DNA from: Acidobacteriota bacterium
GTDB lineage: Bacteria > Acidobacteriota > UBA890 > WLXD01
Assembly: GCA_965248695.1 (NCBI GenBank)
Contig: CBDFKD010000002.1
Coordinates: 4,992,001-5,056,000, forward strand
Reading direction: 5' to 3'
Length of the DNA stretch: 64,000 nt
The position numbers and the translations under genes were made by a program. Below, one piece after another: positions 39,578 through 50,168 of the stretch. Numbering within the stretch: position 1 is the stretch's first letter; each line of letters starts with the position of its first letter. The notes under the pieces are model-generated. The model had not been told where the DNA came from. It saw only the letters and a list, made by a program, of their open reading frames with translations, and did no database searches.

Positions 39578-41614
39578 CTAGCCGTCGTCGCCGCTGTGAC
39601 GTTCGAACCAGGCCATAGCGTGGAGCACCTTCGCGATCAGCTGGCTGGGACGCGCGGAGATGTTGTGGGAGGCCCCCGGGATCTGCACCAGCGCGGTCTC
39701 GATACGCCGCAGCTTCAGCGCGTGGTAGAGCTGCTTGGACTCCGACAGCGGCGTGCGCAGGTCGGCCGTGCCCACCATCACCATCGTCGGAGTCGTTATG
39801 TTGGCCACCAGCGACAGCGGCGAGAACTGCCAGTACCCCATGGGGTTTTCCCATGGGGCGCCCGGATAGCGGTAGTGCATGTAGCCGTCGTAGTTGTCGG
39901 CCACCAGGGTCTTGCTGATCCAGTTCACCACAGGTTTGGTGACCACCGCGGCACGGAACCGGTCGGTCTTGCCGACGATCCAGGCGGTCATGATGCCGCC
40001 GGCGCTGCCGCCGGTGACGTAGAGGCGGTCCTCGTCGATGTAACCGCGCGCGACCACGTCGTCGACCACCGACATGAGGTCGTCGTAGTCGTTGCCCGGG
40101 TAGTCGTGATACAGCAGGTTGCCGAACTCCTCGCCGTAGCTCGTGCTGCCGCGTGGGTTCGAATACACCACCACGTAGCCGGCGCTGGCGTAGAGCTGGA
40201 TCTCGGCGGAGAAGCGGTCGCCGTAGTTGGAGATCGGGCCGCCGTGAATCTCCAGTAGCAACGGGTAACGGTGCGCCGGGTCGAAACCGGGCGGGTGGAC
40301 GATCCAGGACTGGATGCGGCGGCCGTCGTGGGAGGACTCCGTCCAGATCGGCTCGGCCGGGGCGATGCTGCGCTGGCTCTTCAGGTCGGCGTTGAGCGCC
40401 GTAAGCAAACGGGGTTCGCCGGCGGGCTCCACCAGCATGACTTCGCTGGGGTCGTCAGAGGTCGAGTGGGTGAAGGCCACGGTGCCGTCGCGCGCTACGG
40501 AGAAATTGCCGCCTCCGTACGGCCGCCCTACCGACGACGTGCCACCGAGCCCCTCGGCGACCGATTCGAAGCGGCCTTCCGGCGTCGTGAACCCCAGCTT
40601 CGTGATCCCTTCGTCGTCGTAGGCGAAGAAGACCCCGCTGCCGTCTGCAGCCCACACCGGCCCATTGACGGAGCGGTCTAGCTCCTCGAGCACGGCGCGA
40701 GGCCTGGAGCCGTCGGCGCCCATGAGGTGCAGGTCGCTGGTCTGGTACGTCTGGATGCGATCGTCGAAGCCGACGTAGGCGACGAGTGAGCCGTTAGGCG
40801 CCGGCGCCGGGCTGCCGTCGGGGCCTCGGCGGTCGGTGAGCTCGGTGATGGCGCCGGTCGCCAGCGACACCGTGTAGATCTCGCTTTCTCGCCGCTCGTA
40901 CTCCCAGTCGCGGCTCCGGTTTCCGGTGAAGAGCAACGAGCTGCCGTCGGCTGTCCACACAGGCCCCTGGTGATGGAAGTCGTCAGTGGTGAGCTGGCGC
41001 GCGGAGCCGCCGTCGGCCGGGATCACGAACACATGGTTGAAGCCTGGCTCGATGAAGCCCCGGCCGTCGGCCTCGTGACGCACCCGTGTCTCCACGCGCG
41101 GCGGATCCGCCCACTCCGCCCCGGCCGGCCGGGGTGGCATCGAGGTTAGCTTCGGCGGCGTGGCGGGTATCAGCATCGAGAACGCGATCTGGCTGCCGTC
41201 CGGCGACCACGCGATGCTGCGCGGCGACCGCTCGAGCTGCGTGAGCCGCGCCGATTGCCCAGTGGCCACCCAGTAAAGGTAGATCTCGGTGCCGTCCTCG
41301 CCCCCGGCCACGTAGGCGATCCGTGACCCGTCCGGGGACCAGCGCGGAGACGACTGTGTGCCCTCGCCGCCTACGAGCGGCCGATTGTCAGTGCCGTCGC
41401 TGCGCACCATCCAGATCCGCCCCTCGCGACGGTCGCGCATGATGCTCATGCCGTTGCGCACGTAAGCCACCCAGTCGCCTTCGGGCGATATCTGCACGTC
41501 GGAGGCATACTCGATCTCGAACACGTCGAGAGCGGAGAACGGCTGCTGCTGGGCAACGACGAGCAACGCCGGCAACAGCGAAAGCGAGCCGGCCAACGCC
41601 AGGTACCTGATCAT
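39578..41614 (-). CDS. secreted S9-family peptidase
   Basis: Signal peptide, WSPDG propeller repeats, IHGGP, NPRGS, GGSAGG, DLRTP, ASH triad. Confidence 0.93.
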   Translation of the reverse strand: MIRYLALAGSLSLLPALLVVAQQQPFSALDVFEIEYASDVQISPEGDWVAYVRNGMSIMRDRREGRIWMVRSDGTDNRPLVGGEGTQSSPRWSPDGSRIAYVAGGEDGTEIYLYWVATGQSARLTQLERSPRSIAWSPDGSQIAFSMLIPATPPKLTSMPPRPAGAEWADPPRVETRVRHEADGRGFIEPGFNHVFVIPADGGSARQLTTDDFHHQGPVWTADGSSLLFTGNRSRDWEYERRESEIYTVSLATGAITELTDRRGPDGSPAPAPNGSLVAYVGFDDRIQTYQTSDLHLMGADGSRPRAVLEELDRSVNGPVWAADGSGVFFAYDDEGITKLGFTTPEGRFESVAEGLGGTSSVGRPYGGGNFSVARDGTVAFTHSTSDDPSEVMLVEPAGEPRLLTALNADLKSQRSIAPAEPIWTESSHDGRRIQSWIVHPPGFDPAHRYPLLLEIHGGPISNYGDRFSAEIQLYASAGYVVVYSNPRGSTSYGEEFGNLLYHDYPGNDYDDLMSVVDDVVARGYIDEDRLYVTGGSAGGIMTAWIVGKTDRFRAAVVTKPVVNWISKTLVADNYDGYMHYRYPGAPWENPMGYWQFSPLSLVANITTPTMVMVGTADLRTPLSESKQLYHALKLRRIETALVQIPGASHNISARPSQLIAKVLHAMAWFERHSGDDG

Positions 41615-41625
41615 GGGCTGATCCC

Positions 41626-42231
41626 TCAGAGCAGTTCGACGACGATCTCGGTCGGTCCACCTGGCGCATTGATCGCCCAGCCTGGACCGTCGAGGTCGTA
41701 GGGGCAAGATGAGACGGCGCAGATGAGGTCCATGCGCGCCTTGAGCACTACGTAGCCGCCGGGCTCGACCACGGGCGCGGCCGGCGTATGGAACAGGAAC
41801 CCGTCTTCCACGGTCGTGTTGGTAAAGAAATTCACCGCGAAAGGGGTCACGGCGATCTCGTGGCCCATTTCACGCATTGCCATCTCGAGGTTCTCGGCGC
41901 AGCTCCGGTGATGACCCTCGACGCCGAATTGTTTGTAACGAATCGCGTCGCATGGGGCGATGATCAGATCGTGGATGCCCTCGGCTCCGTCTTCGACAAA
42001 ATCGAGCATCGGCCGCCGGAAGCGACTGAGGAAGGTGTCGCCGACTCGTGGGTGCAACGCGCGTGTCGGCATCCAGGTGTGGGCGGGAGACAGCCACTCG
42101 CCGACATCGTCCGCGCGGAAGGCAAAGAGGTCGGCGGACTGTTGGCCCTTGGGAGTGATGATGCGGAACAGCTGCCCCTCGGCGACCCGAAACGCACGGC
42201 CGTCGCCGGCCGGAACAACCAATGTCTCCAT
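41626..42231 (-). CDS. urea carboxylase-associated family protein (DUF1989)
   Basis: GQQSADL, HDLIIAPC, HRSCAENL, VNFF, SSCP. Confidence 0.85.
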   Translation of the reverse strand: METLVVPAGDGRAFRVAEGQLFRIITPKGQQSADLFAFRADDVGEWLSPAHTWMPTRALHPRVGDTFLSRFRRPMLDFVEDGAEGIHDLIIAPCDAIRYKQFGVEGHHRSCAENLEMAMREMGHEIAVTPFAVNFFTNTTVEDGFLFHTPAAPVVEPGGYVVLKARMDLICAVSSCPYDLDGPGWAINAPGGPTEIVVELL

Positions 42232-42285
42232 CTACGGGTCCGTCGGCACGAGTCGCTGCAGCTCCTCGAACCAGTTGGTGATGGC

Positions 42286-43482
42286 TCAGAAGGTGTCATT
42301 CTTGAGTCTGAACGTATCGGCCAAATCCGGGCTGTGATCGTCACCCACGACACGATGGGCCACGTAGTCGCCCATCATGATGCCGTGCTTGTAGCCGTGG
42401 CCTGAGCCGCCGCCGACGATCCAGACGTTGTCCATCTCCGGGTGGCGGTCGACGATGAAGTGGTCGTCGACGCTGTTTTCCAACTGGCACACCCGCGACT
42501 CGAGCACCGGCTGATCCGCCAGAGCCGGGAAAGCATGCACGACGAATTGGCGCGCCTGCGCGATCTCCTCGGCGGTCACGATCCGCTCGTCGGTGTCCGG
42601 ATCGAACGGGATGCTGTCCAAATAGGGTCGCACCTTCCAGCCGCGCCCCTCGATGCCCGGGAAGCCGTAAGCGCCCTGCATCTCCCACGTCGGACAGTTG
42701 GGGTAGATGAACCGGTTGTCGTCCATCGGTACGCCGTACCAGAAGGTGCTGCCGCGAGGAGTCTGGAGCTTGTTCTTCATCACCGAGGGAAACACTTTCG
42801 GCAGCCACGGGCCGCACGCGAAGACGAACGTATCGGCCGATACCGGCTCGCCGGTCGACAGCTCGATCTCCAGTAGCTTGCCTCCGGCGTGCCGACCGGG
42901 CTTGGCCCTGGCGGTGACCACCGTGCCGCCGGCGCGCTCGAAAGCTCCCGCGACGACGAAACAGGCTCGCCGCGCCATGAGGACACCGGTGCTGGGTACG
43001 TGGAACCCGAATTCGAACTCCTGGTGGTTGAACTGAGGATAGCGCCGAGCCAGCTCGTCGTGAGGCACGACCTCGTTGTCGATCCCGTGTCGATCGAGCA
43101 CCTCCTTGCTAGCCCGCAGATGCTCGGACCATTGGCGCGCCAGCGTCAGCTGACCCGTACGGTAGAAGAGTGGCCGTCCACCCCACTCCCTCTGGCGCGC
43201 GTCCCACCGGTCGAACGCTTGCACGACCCATCGGGTGTAGATCTCGCGCTCGCCGTATTGGGTACGGATCTGCCGACTCTCTCCGCCGGAGGCCGCCCGT
43301 GCGTTGCCGGCGCCGTAGGCGTCGATGAGCGTGACCCGGTGTCCCATTTCTCGCAGATAAAGGGCTGTCCAGCCGCCGAACGCTCCCGCCCCGATGACCG
43401 CTACGTCCGCCGTCGAGACGGCCGCCGGTCCGGACGTCTGAACCGCGTTGGTCGCTGCCCGCGGTTGCTCGTTGCCGCCCAA
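42286..43482 (-). CDS. FAD-dependent oxidoreductase, sarcosine oxidase/DAO family
   Basis: VIGAGAFG, SGGESR, ACGPWL, GGGSGHGYKHG; start uncertain, leader appears truncated. Confidence 0.82.
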   Translation of the reverse strand: MGGNEQPRAATNAVQTSGPAAVSTADVAVIGAGAFGGWTALYLREMGHRVTLIDAYGAGNARAASGGESRQIRTQYGEREIYTRWVVQAFDRWDARQREWGGRPLFYRTGQLTLARQWSEHLRASKEVLDRHGIDNEVVPHDELARRYPQFNHQEFEFGFHVPSTGVLMARRACFVVAGAFERAGGTVVTARAKPGRHAGGKLLEIELSTGEPVSADTFVFACGPWLPKVFPSVMKNKLQTPRGSTFWYGVPMDDNRFIYPNCPTWEMQGAYGFPGIEGRGWKVRPYLDSIPFDPDTDERIVTAEEIAQARQFVVHAFPALADQPVLESRVCQLENSVDDHFIVDRHPEMDNVWIVGGGSGHGYKHGIMMGDYVAHRVVGDDHSPDLADTFRLKNDTF

Positions 43483-43484
43483 CG

Positions 43485-44585
43485 TCAGCGCGCCTGCACG
43501 TTCAGCGGCCGGAAAGGTACGTATCTCACCAGGCGCTGCCGGTTGATTTCCCCCGCGTAGATGTTGCCGGCGAAGTCCACGCCAAGGAACTCGAGCCCCG
43601 GCCCGATGTCTGCGTCGTGTTGGGGAACGAAGTGCAGGACCCAAGCCTGCTCCTCTTTCAGGTCGCCGATCCGGATCCCCTTCTCCCACCCGAAGTTGCT
43701 CCGCCAGGTGTCCGGAGGGCCGGTTCTTGGCGTGCCCGAAAGGCCGTCGGCGGCGTAGAGGATATCGTTGCGGTCAATGAAGAGCCCGCTCGGCTTGCCG
43801 TATTGGGTCCAGATGTAGAGGGGCTTGCCGACTGGGTCGAAGACCTGGATCCGGCTGTTGCCGCGGTCGGCGACGTAGACGCGACCGCGGGAGTCGAGCT
43901 TGACGTCGTGGGGGTCGCTGAACCGACCCGGCTCCCTGCTCTCCGAACCGACGCCACCGCCCACTTCGAGAAGGAAGGTGCCGTCACGCGAGAACTTGAC
44001 GAGCCGGTTGTTTCCGCCCCGGTGCCCATCAGTGACCCAGATGTCCCCGTTTCTGGCGATCGCGACGCCGGACGGCCCGTTGAAATGGTGCGGACCGTTT
44101 CCCCAGACCCCGGCTTCGCCGAGCCGCATCACAACCCCTCCTCGCTGGTCGAGCTTCACGACCTGATGACCCAGCCCGAGGCTCTCACCAAGCTTCGCCC
44201 GGGCATCCCCGTGTGAGCCGCCCTCGGTCACCCAGAGAAAGCCCTCGTGATCCAGGTAGAAGCCGTGAGGGAAGCCGAAGATCCCTGCGCCGAAGCTCTC
44301 CACCAGGTTGCCGTCGAGGTCGAACTTGAGGATCGGATCCAAGTCGCTCCCGGCGCACTGATTCCCGCCACACCGGTCGAGCATCCACAGGTGCTGGCCG
44401 TCGGGGTCGGGGAAGGCTCCGCTCATGATCCCCAGCGTTCTTCCTTCGGGGAGTTTCTCCCAATCGAGCGTGACGCGGTACGGATTGATCGTGGAAGTTT
44501 GGGCGTACAGCCACCCGCCCAGCGTCACTGCCAACGCGCTCGAGACGGCCGCAACCGCCGCGCCTATCCGACGGGCATGCCGCAT
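43485..44585 (-). CDS. secreted NHL-repeat (PAL-like beta-propeller) protein
   Basis: FGFPHG, FNGPSGVA, FSDPHDV, YVADRGNSRIQVF. Confidence 0.85.
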   Translation of the reverse strand: MRHARRIGAAVAAVSSALAVTLGGWLYAQTSTINPYRVTLDWEKLPEGRTLGIMSGAFPDPDGQHLWMLDRCGGNQCAGSDLDPILKFDLDGNLVESFGAGIFGFPHGFYLDHEGFLWVTEGGSHGDARAKLGESLGLGHQVVKLDQRGGVVMRLGEAGVWGNGPHHFNGPSGVAIARNGDIWVTDGHRGGNNRLVKFSRDGTFLLEVGGGVGSESREPGRFSDPHDVKLDSRGRVYVADRGNSRIQVFDPVGKPLYIWTQYGKPSGLFIDRNDILYAADGLSGTPRTGPPDTWRSNFGWEKGIRIGDLKEEQAWVLHFVPQHDADIGPGLEFLGVDFAGNIYAGEINRQRLVRYVPFRPLNVQAR

Positions 44586-44604
44586 GCGATCGGGCCTGTT
44601 TTGG

Positions 44605-44679
44605 TGCCGGGTTCCATGGCCTTATCAAGGAGGCATAGGTGACCGGCTGAGCCTAGCGATGGAGCAAGCGAGGGTCCAG
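44605..44679 (-). repeat. island repeat copy (promoter plus MEPG start)
   Basis: CTGGAC-N18-TAGGCT, then GCCATGGAACCCGGCA at 44620-44605. Confidence 0.7.
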
Positions 44680-44690
44680 GGTTCGGTTGC

Positions 44691-45866
44691 TCAGCCGGCA
44701 TCCACGGGTCTCCAGACCTGTTCCGCGATGCGGGCAAAGTTGCCTCCCATGATCGCCAGTATTGCGCTGTCGCCATAGCCGATATCAAGTAGTCGTTCGG
44801 TGATCTGGGGGATGGCATCGGGCTGAACGACCTGAGCGAACGGATCTGGGCCCGCCGAAGCGGGGTACTGGCGGGCGGGCCAGTACTTGGGGTCTGCCGG
44901 TGCATCGTCAGTTACCGGTGCATCGTCAGTTATCTGAACCGGTACGCTGTCGAGGCCGATGCCTACATGCTCGGGGCCAACCAGCTGAACCATGTATTCG
45001 ATATGGTCAACGAGGCGACTGACGGTACCGTCCTGCGGCCCGAGATACAGACTCACACCATTTATTGCGATTACGCCGCCCGTGGCAGCGCATGCCTCGA
45101 TGAGGTCGTCGGTGATGTTGCGCTCGTGATCCTGGAGGTTGCGGGCGTTCGAATGCGAGAAGATGACCGGCGAATCGGAGGCATCCATCGCCTCGAGGGC
45201 AGTTCGGTAGCCAGTGTGTGAACAGTCGACCAGCATTCCGACCCGATTCATTTCACGAATGACTGAGCGGCCGAACAGCGTCAGGCCGGTGTCGTCGTCG
45301 TGGCAACCGCCACCTGCCAGGTTGTTGAGATTGTAGGCGATGAGCATTTGGCGCACTCCGAGCCGGTAATAGAAGTCGACCATACCGACGTCACCGTTCA
45401 GGGCGCCCATACCCTCCAGGTCGAAACTGACCGCCAACTTGTTGTCGCGCCTGGCCTTCTGCACATCCTGAAAGGTCTCGACCTGAACGAAACGGTCGCT
45501 GTGCTTGCGAATCCAGTGCCGGTATTGCGACACCGCCTGGATAGCCAGTGTCCACGGGGTGGCGTCATAGCCGATGTTTACCGAGAGGAAGTCCGCGCCG
45601 GCGGCACTCCACAGCGCCAGCCACTGGAGATCTTCGGCCTTGTTGAAGCCCCAGCCGGCGTGATCGTCCCAAACCAGGGCTGAAGCGTGCAGGGCCGCCG
45701 CACGTTCCGAGACGCCCCAAGCTTGTACTTCGTCGATCAAAGCAGCGTGCGCATCGGCTGCCGCGGGTGGCGAGTGTGACCGGGCGACAAGAGCGGAAAG
45801 CGGCGTTCCTGCCAGAAACACGGGGCCGAGGAAACTGCCCAGAAACCGACGTCTTTGGATGCTCAT
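44691..45866 (-). CDS. Tat-exported membrane dipeptidase (M19)
   Basis: QRRRFL leader, MNRVGMLVDCSH, FSHSN, RNITDD, HVGIGLD. Confidence 0.88.
   Translation of the reverse strand: MSIQRRRFLGSFLGPVFLAGTPLSALVARSHSPPAAADAHAALIDEVQAWGVSERAAALHASALVWDDHAGWGFNKAEDLQWLALWSAAGADFLSVNIGYDATPWTLAIQAVSQYRHWIRKHSDRFVQVETFQDVQKARRDNKLAVSFDLEGMGALNGDVGMVDFYYRLGVRQMLIAYNLNNLAGGGCHDDDTGLTLFGRSVIREMNRVGMLVDCSHTGYRTALEAMDASDSPVIFSHSNARNLQDHERNITDDLIEACAATGGVIAINGVSLYLGPQDGTVSRLVDHIEYMVQLVGPEHVGIGLDSVPVQITDDAPVTDDAPADPKYWPARQYPASAGPDPFAQVVQPDAIPQITERLLDIGYGDSAILAIMGGNFARIAEQVWRPVDAG
44897..44932. repeat. perfect 18-bp tandem duplication inside the dipeptidase
   Basis: CCGGTGCATCGTCAGTTA x2, giving (I/V)TDDAP twice in frame. 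Confidence 0.9.
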
Positions 45867-46187
45867 TCAGACCACTACCCCTATCAATCAACCCGACAAG
45901 CCAGGTAGTCGATATCCTGCAACCTCCGCGCCGCCCGATGGTCCGGACCAATCCGACGAGCAGACCCGAGCCAGGCTCGTTGTCGGATCAGGGTACCTGA
46001 GACCTCCTCGGCGCGCGGCAAAAGCCCCTGATTGCGTCGCAAGCGGCATGAGATACGACGCTGAAGGAAGGAGATCGGGGACGAGTGCACGGCGCCCGGG
46101 CATCAGATAGGCTCTGGAGCCTTCCGCGCTAGGCTCCCCACGCCATACTTGCGCGCCGCCGATGTCTTCCAACTCCTCCGCGCCGAG

Positions 46188-47764
46188 ATGAACCTCCGCG
46201 ACCGCGACACTAATCCGGTACAGCCGACGGGCTTGGATTACTCACGAAAGCCAATAGAGGACTACGTCGACCTGATCGATGCGGCGGTCGTCTATGAGGT
46301 GGCGACGAGGACCCCGCTCGAGCTCGCCGGTAACCTGTCGGCGCGACTCGGCAACCGGATCCTGCTGAAGCGCGAGGACCTACAGCCGATCTTCTCGTTC
46401 AAGCTCCGCGGTGCATACAACAAGATCGCATCGCTCTCGCAGCAGGCGCTGGGCGCTGGGGTCATATGCAGCTCGGCCGGTAACCACGCGCAGGGCGTGG
46501 CACTCGCCGCGCGGCGGAAAGGCACGCGGGCGGTAATCGTCATGCCGGTCACGACACCGAGCATCAAGATCGATGCCGTCAGGGGGCTGGGAGGCGAGGT
46601 GATTTTGCATGGCGACACCTACGACGACGCCTACGGCAGGGCACGGGAGCTCGAGAAGATCGACGGTCTGACGTTCTCCATCCATTCGACGATCCCGCGG
46701 TTATCGCCGGCCAGGGCACCATCGGCAAGGAGATCCTCGAGCAGGCGGACGAAGCCGTGAGCGCCGTCTTTGTTCCCATCGGCGGTGGTGGGCTCATCTC
46801 GGGAATCGCAGCCTATATCAAGGCGAAACGGCCAGAAATCCGCATGATCGGCGTCGAGCCGGAGGATTCGGCGGCGATGGGAGACTCGGTCGCCGCCGGT
46901 GAGCGCGTCACCCTGGAGCATGTCGGCAGCTTTGCCGACGGCGTCGCCGTCAAGCAGGTGGGCGAGGAGACCTTTCGACTCTGCCGGGAGCTGGTCGACG
47001 ATTTCGTCACCGTCGATACGGATCAGATCTGTGCCGCCATTCGCGACATATTCGAGGACACGCGCTCGGTCGTAGAGCCTGCCGGAGCGCTGGCGACCGC
47101 CGGCGCGAAGCAATATCTCGCCGAACACGCAGCGCGGGACGAGACGGTCGTGGTGATCAACTGCGGCGCCAACGTCAACTTCGACCGGCTAGGCCACATC
47201 GCCGAGCGCGCCGCCGTCGGTGACCAGCAGGAGATGTTGCTGGCCGTCGAGATCCCGGAGAAGCGCGGCAGCTTCAAAGCATTCTCCGAAGCCGTCGGCC
47301 GGCGCGGCGTTACCGAATTCAACTACCGCTACAGCGACCCGAAGATCGCGCACATCTTCGTCGGCATCGAACTGCGTCGTGGACCGCGGGAACGAGCGGA
47401 GCTGATCGAGACGCTGCGGGGGCTCGGGTATCCGCTCGTCGACCTGAGCGATGACGAGTTGGCGAAGCTCCACATCAGGCACATGGTCGGCGGCAGGGCA
47501 GCGAACCTCGAGAACGAACGGCTGTTCCGCTTCGAGTTTCCGGAACGTCCCGGTGCCCTACTTGACTTCCTGACCGCGATCGGCGCGAACTGGAACGTTA
47601 GCCTCTTCCACTACGGGAACCACGGCTCCGACCACGGTCGGGTCCTCGCCGGCATCCAGGTGCCCAAAGAGGACTCGGACAAACTCGAGGCACACTTCAC
47701 CGAGCTGGGCTATCCGTACTGGGAGGAGAGCGACAATCCGGCCTACGCGATGTTCCTGGCTTGA
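46188..47764 (+). pseudogene. ilvA: biosynthetic threonine dehydratase split by a 1-nt deletion (or sequencing error)
   Basis: [24 protein letters not shown] in frame 1; [14 protein letters not shown] onward and two ACT-like domains in frame 2; shift near 46676. Confidence 0.88.
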
Positions 47765-47848
47765 TGGCAAACTCGTGCTTTCACATCGGGGGCGACGTCA
47801 GGTCTCGGCGCGCGCGTGTGTCGAAAACCAGCCAAGGAAGATCGAACG

Positions 47849-49459
47849 ATGAGAAGTCTCGCTGCCGTCACCCTTGCGGGTGTTTTGTTGTCGGCCTGCG
47901 CCACCAGCCGGGGTGCCGACAATCGATCCGTGGTCGCGGCGCCGGGCACTAGCGGCACGCCCGAGTTTCTCCAGCCGATCGATCTGATTCGGTCCGCTCT
48001 CGGACCCTTCTCCTGGACGATCAGCACCAGCAAGCCACGAGCCCAGGAATACTTCGACCAGGGGATGCAGCTCCGGTATGCCTACAATGTGACGGAGGCA
48101 GCTCGCTCGATGGCCGAGGCGAGGCGCCTGGATCCCCAGTGCGCGATGTGCTTCTGGGGCGAGGCCTTCGCCCTGGGCTCGTTTCTCAACGGCGGCATGA
48201 GCGTCGATCGATCACTGCGGGCGCACGCGGCGATCGAGGAAGCAGTCGCTCTTTCAAGCAGCGCGACAGCCGTCGAGCGCGACCTGATTCTGGCGGCGCG
48301 AGATCGCTACCCCGCGAACTACGACCCTGAACAACGGCGCCCAGTCGACGAATCGTTCGCCGAGGAAATGGCGAAGGTGTACGAGAAGTACCCGGACCAT
48401 CAGGAGGTAGCCGTCGTATATGCGGTGGCTCTGTTCCTGCTCGAGGAGAGACTCGGTCACCGAGATGTCGAGGACCCCGATCTGATTCGACTTCACGGAG
48501 TGCTGACCGGCGTCCTGGAGGACAACATCGAGCATCCCGGCGCATGCCACCTCTACGTACACGCAACGGAGTCGAGCCAGCACCCGGAGTTGGCGCTCGA
48601 GTGTGCCGAACATCTCGGTCGGGCGGTGAAGGTCGCCAGCCACGTCCAGCACATGCCCTCGCATACCTGGAACGAGGTCGGTCTGTGGGGGCGGTCGGTC
48701 CAGGCCAACACTGCGGCCTGGCACTCGGACCAGAAAGCGGCGAAGAAACTCGGCTTCTCCTACGGGAGGACACACAACCTGCACATGCTGCTGTTCGCCG
48801 CCTCGATGGACGGACAGGGCGCGATCGCGACGCAGGCGGGCAAGGATTTCGCGAAAGTCGGTGGCAACACGATGCATCAGGTGTTGACCCTTCTGCGCTT
48901 CGGTCGTTTCGACGAGATCCTCCAAGTCAAGAAGCGCCCCTCGACTGAGATCGCTGGCGGCTTCTGGGAGTTCGCCCAAGGCTATGCCGAGCTACGGACC
49001 GGCGACGCAGCGGCTGCGGGCGAGCATCTGGCGCGGGTTCAGGACCTGGCGGAGCATTCCGAGGCAATGCTCCGGTTCCACGAAGGCAAACAGCTGATGG
49101 GCCTCGCAGCGGCGATCCTCGAAGGTGAGATCCTCCGCGCCCAGGGCGACCTCCAAGCCGCGATCGACGCGTTCGAGCGCGCTGCCGCCTTCGACGACCA
49201 GCAGCGCTACGACGAGCCCGAGCCGATCCCGTTCGCAGCCCGCCACTGGCTTGGCGCGGCACTCCTCGAGGCCGGGCGCCCGGCCGAAGCGGAGGACGTG
49301 TACCGAACCGAGCTCGCGGACCATCCGCACAACGTGTGGTCGCTCCACGGTCTGAGAGTCGCATTGGAGGCCCAAGGCAAGGCCGACCCAGAGGTGGAGC
49401 GAGACTTCGCCCAGAGCACTGCCAGAAGTGACACCTGGATCACTGCCTCCAGGTTCTAG
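47849..49459 (+). CDS. TPR-repeat lipoprotein
   Basis: LSAC lipobox; AQEYFDQG, HPGACHLYVH, HVQHMPSH, YDEP, NVWSLHG. Confidence 0.78.
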   Translation: MRSLAAVTLAGVLLSACATSRGADNRSVVAAPGTSGTPEFLQPIDLIRSALGPFSWTISTSKPRAQEYFDQGMQLRYAYNVTEAARSMAEARRLDPQCAMCFWGEAFALGSFLNGGMSVDRSLRAHAAIEEAVALSSSATAVERDLILAARDRYPANYDPEQRRPVDESFAEEMAKVYEKYPDHQEVAVVYAVALFLLEERLGHRDVEDPDLIRLHGVLTGVLEDNIEHPGACHLYVHATESSQHPELALECAEHLGRAVKVASHVQHMPSHTWNEVGLWGRSVQANTAAWHSDQKAAKKLGFSYGRTHNLHMLLFAASMDGQGAIATQAGKDFAKVGGNTMHQVLTLLRFGRFDEILQVKKRPSTEIAGGFWEFAQGYAELRTGDAAAAGEHLARVQDLAEHSEAMLRFHEGKQLMGLAAAILEGEILRAQGDLQAAIDAFERAAAFDDQQRYDEPEPIPFAARHWLGAALLEAGRPAEAEDVYRTELADHPHNVWSLHGLRVALEAQGKADPEVERDFAQSTARSDTWITASRF

Positions 49460-49504
49460 CGCGAACCAGCGGACCTCAACTCTTCCCCAAACCCGCGGAC
49501 CGGA

Positions 49505-49921
49505 TCAGATCCAACGCTTGCTTTCGGTCCGCTTCGAATACCAGATCATGAACGCTGCCACTACCGACGACATTAGAGTCCCGACCCAGACCTCGATTGG
49601 AACGTCGGCTGCGCCGAGGAAGGGGAACATCTGCACAACGACGCCAAGTAGCGACGCGATGAACAGGTAGTACGCAGCCGACTTCCTGAGCAGAAGCAGG
49701 AGGCAGCCAAGCGCGCCGCCGAAGACGCCGAGCGCAAAAGCTCCGGTAGCCCATACGGGCCGGCTTTCGATGATCGCCCGGTACGACTCGGACGTGGAAG
49801 CGAGCACGTCCGCATCCATCTGCGAGAAGAAGTTCATGATGCCCAACACATTCCAGATCAGCGCCACAGCGCCGATCGCCCAGAAACTCCACGGAACACT
49901 TCCAGCCGACTTGTCGCTCAT
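49505..49921 (-). CDS. 4-TM membrane protein
   Basis: PWSFWAIGAVALIWNVLG...PVWATGAFA...GCLLLLLRK. Confidence 0.75.
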   Translation of the reverse strand: MSDKSAGSVPWSFWAIGAVALIWNVLGIMNFFSQMDADVLASTSESYRAIIESRPVWATGAFALGVFGGALGCLLLLLRKSAAYYLFIASLLGVVVQMFPFLGAADVPIEVWVGTLMSSVVAAFMIWYSKRTESKRWI

Positions 49922-49930
49922 CGCATCCCC

Positions 49931-50004
49931 CGAGTCCCTGCTGTCTATCGCCCGGTAACGGGCGAGCGCCGCAAGCGTATCGTCAGCGCCGCCGAGTTCC
50001 AACG
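49931..50004 (-). repeat. island repeat copy (promoter)
   Basis: TTGGAA(50002-49997)-CTCGGCGGCGCTGACGA-TACGCT(49979-49974); its flank also aligns with the 31514 copy. Confidence 0.85.
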
Positions 50005-50168
50005 AGTCATTGCCAACTCACAAGCGCTCACGTATTTTGCCGCAGTCGCTCGGCTAGTGCCCGGCTGCTGCCTCGATCTGGCAGCGCGATGGCGTGGCGG
50101 CAGATCGTGGGCTGGTACCTACACGAGGACATGGAGCGGCTTCGACCTGTTGGCGCCATGGCCAGCGC

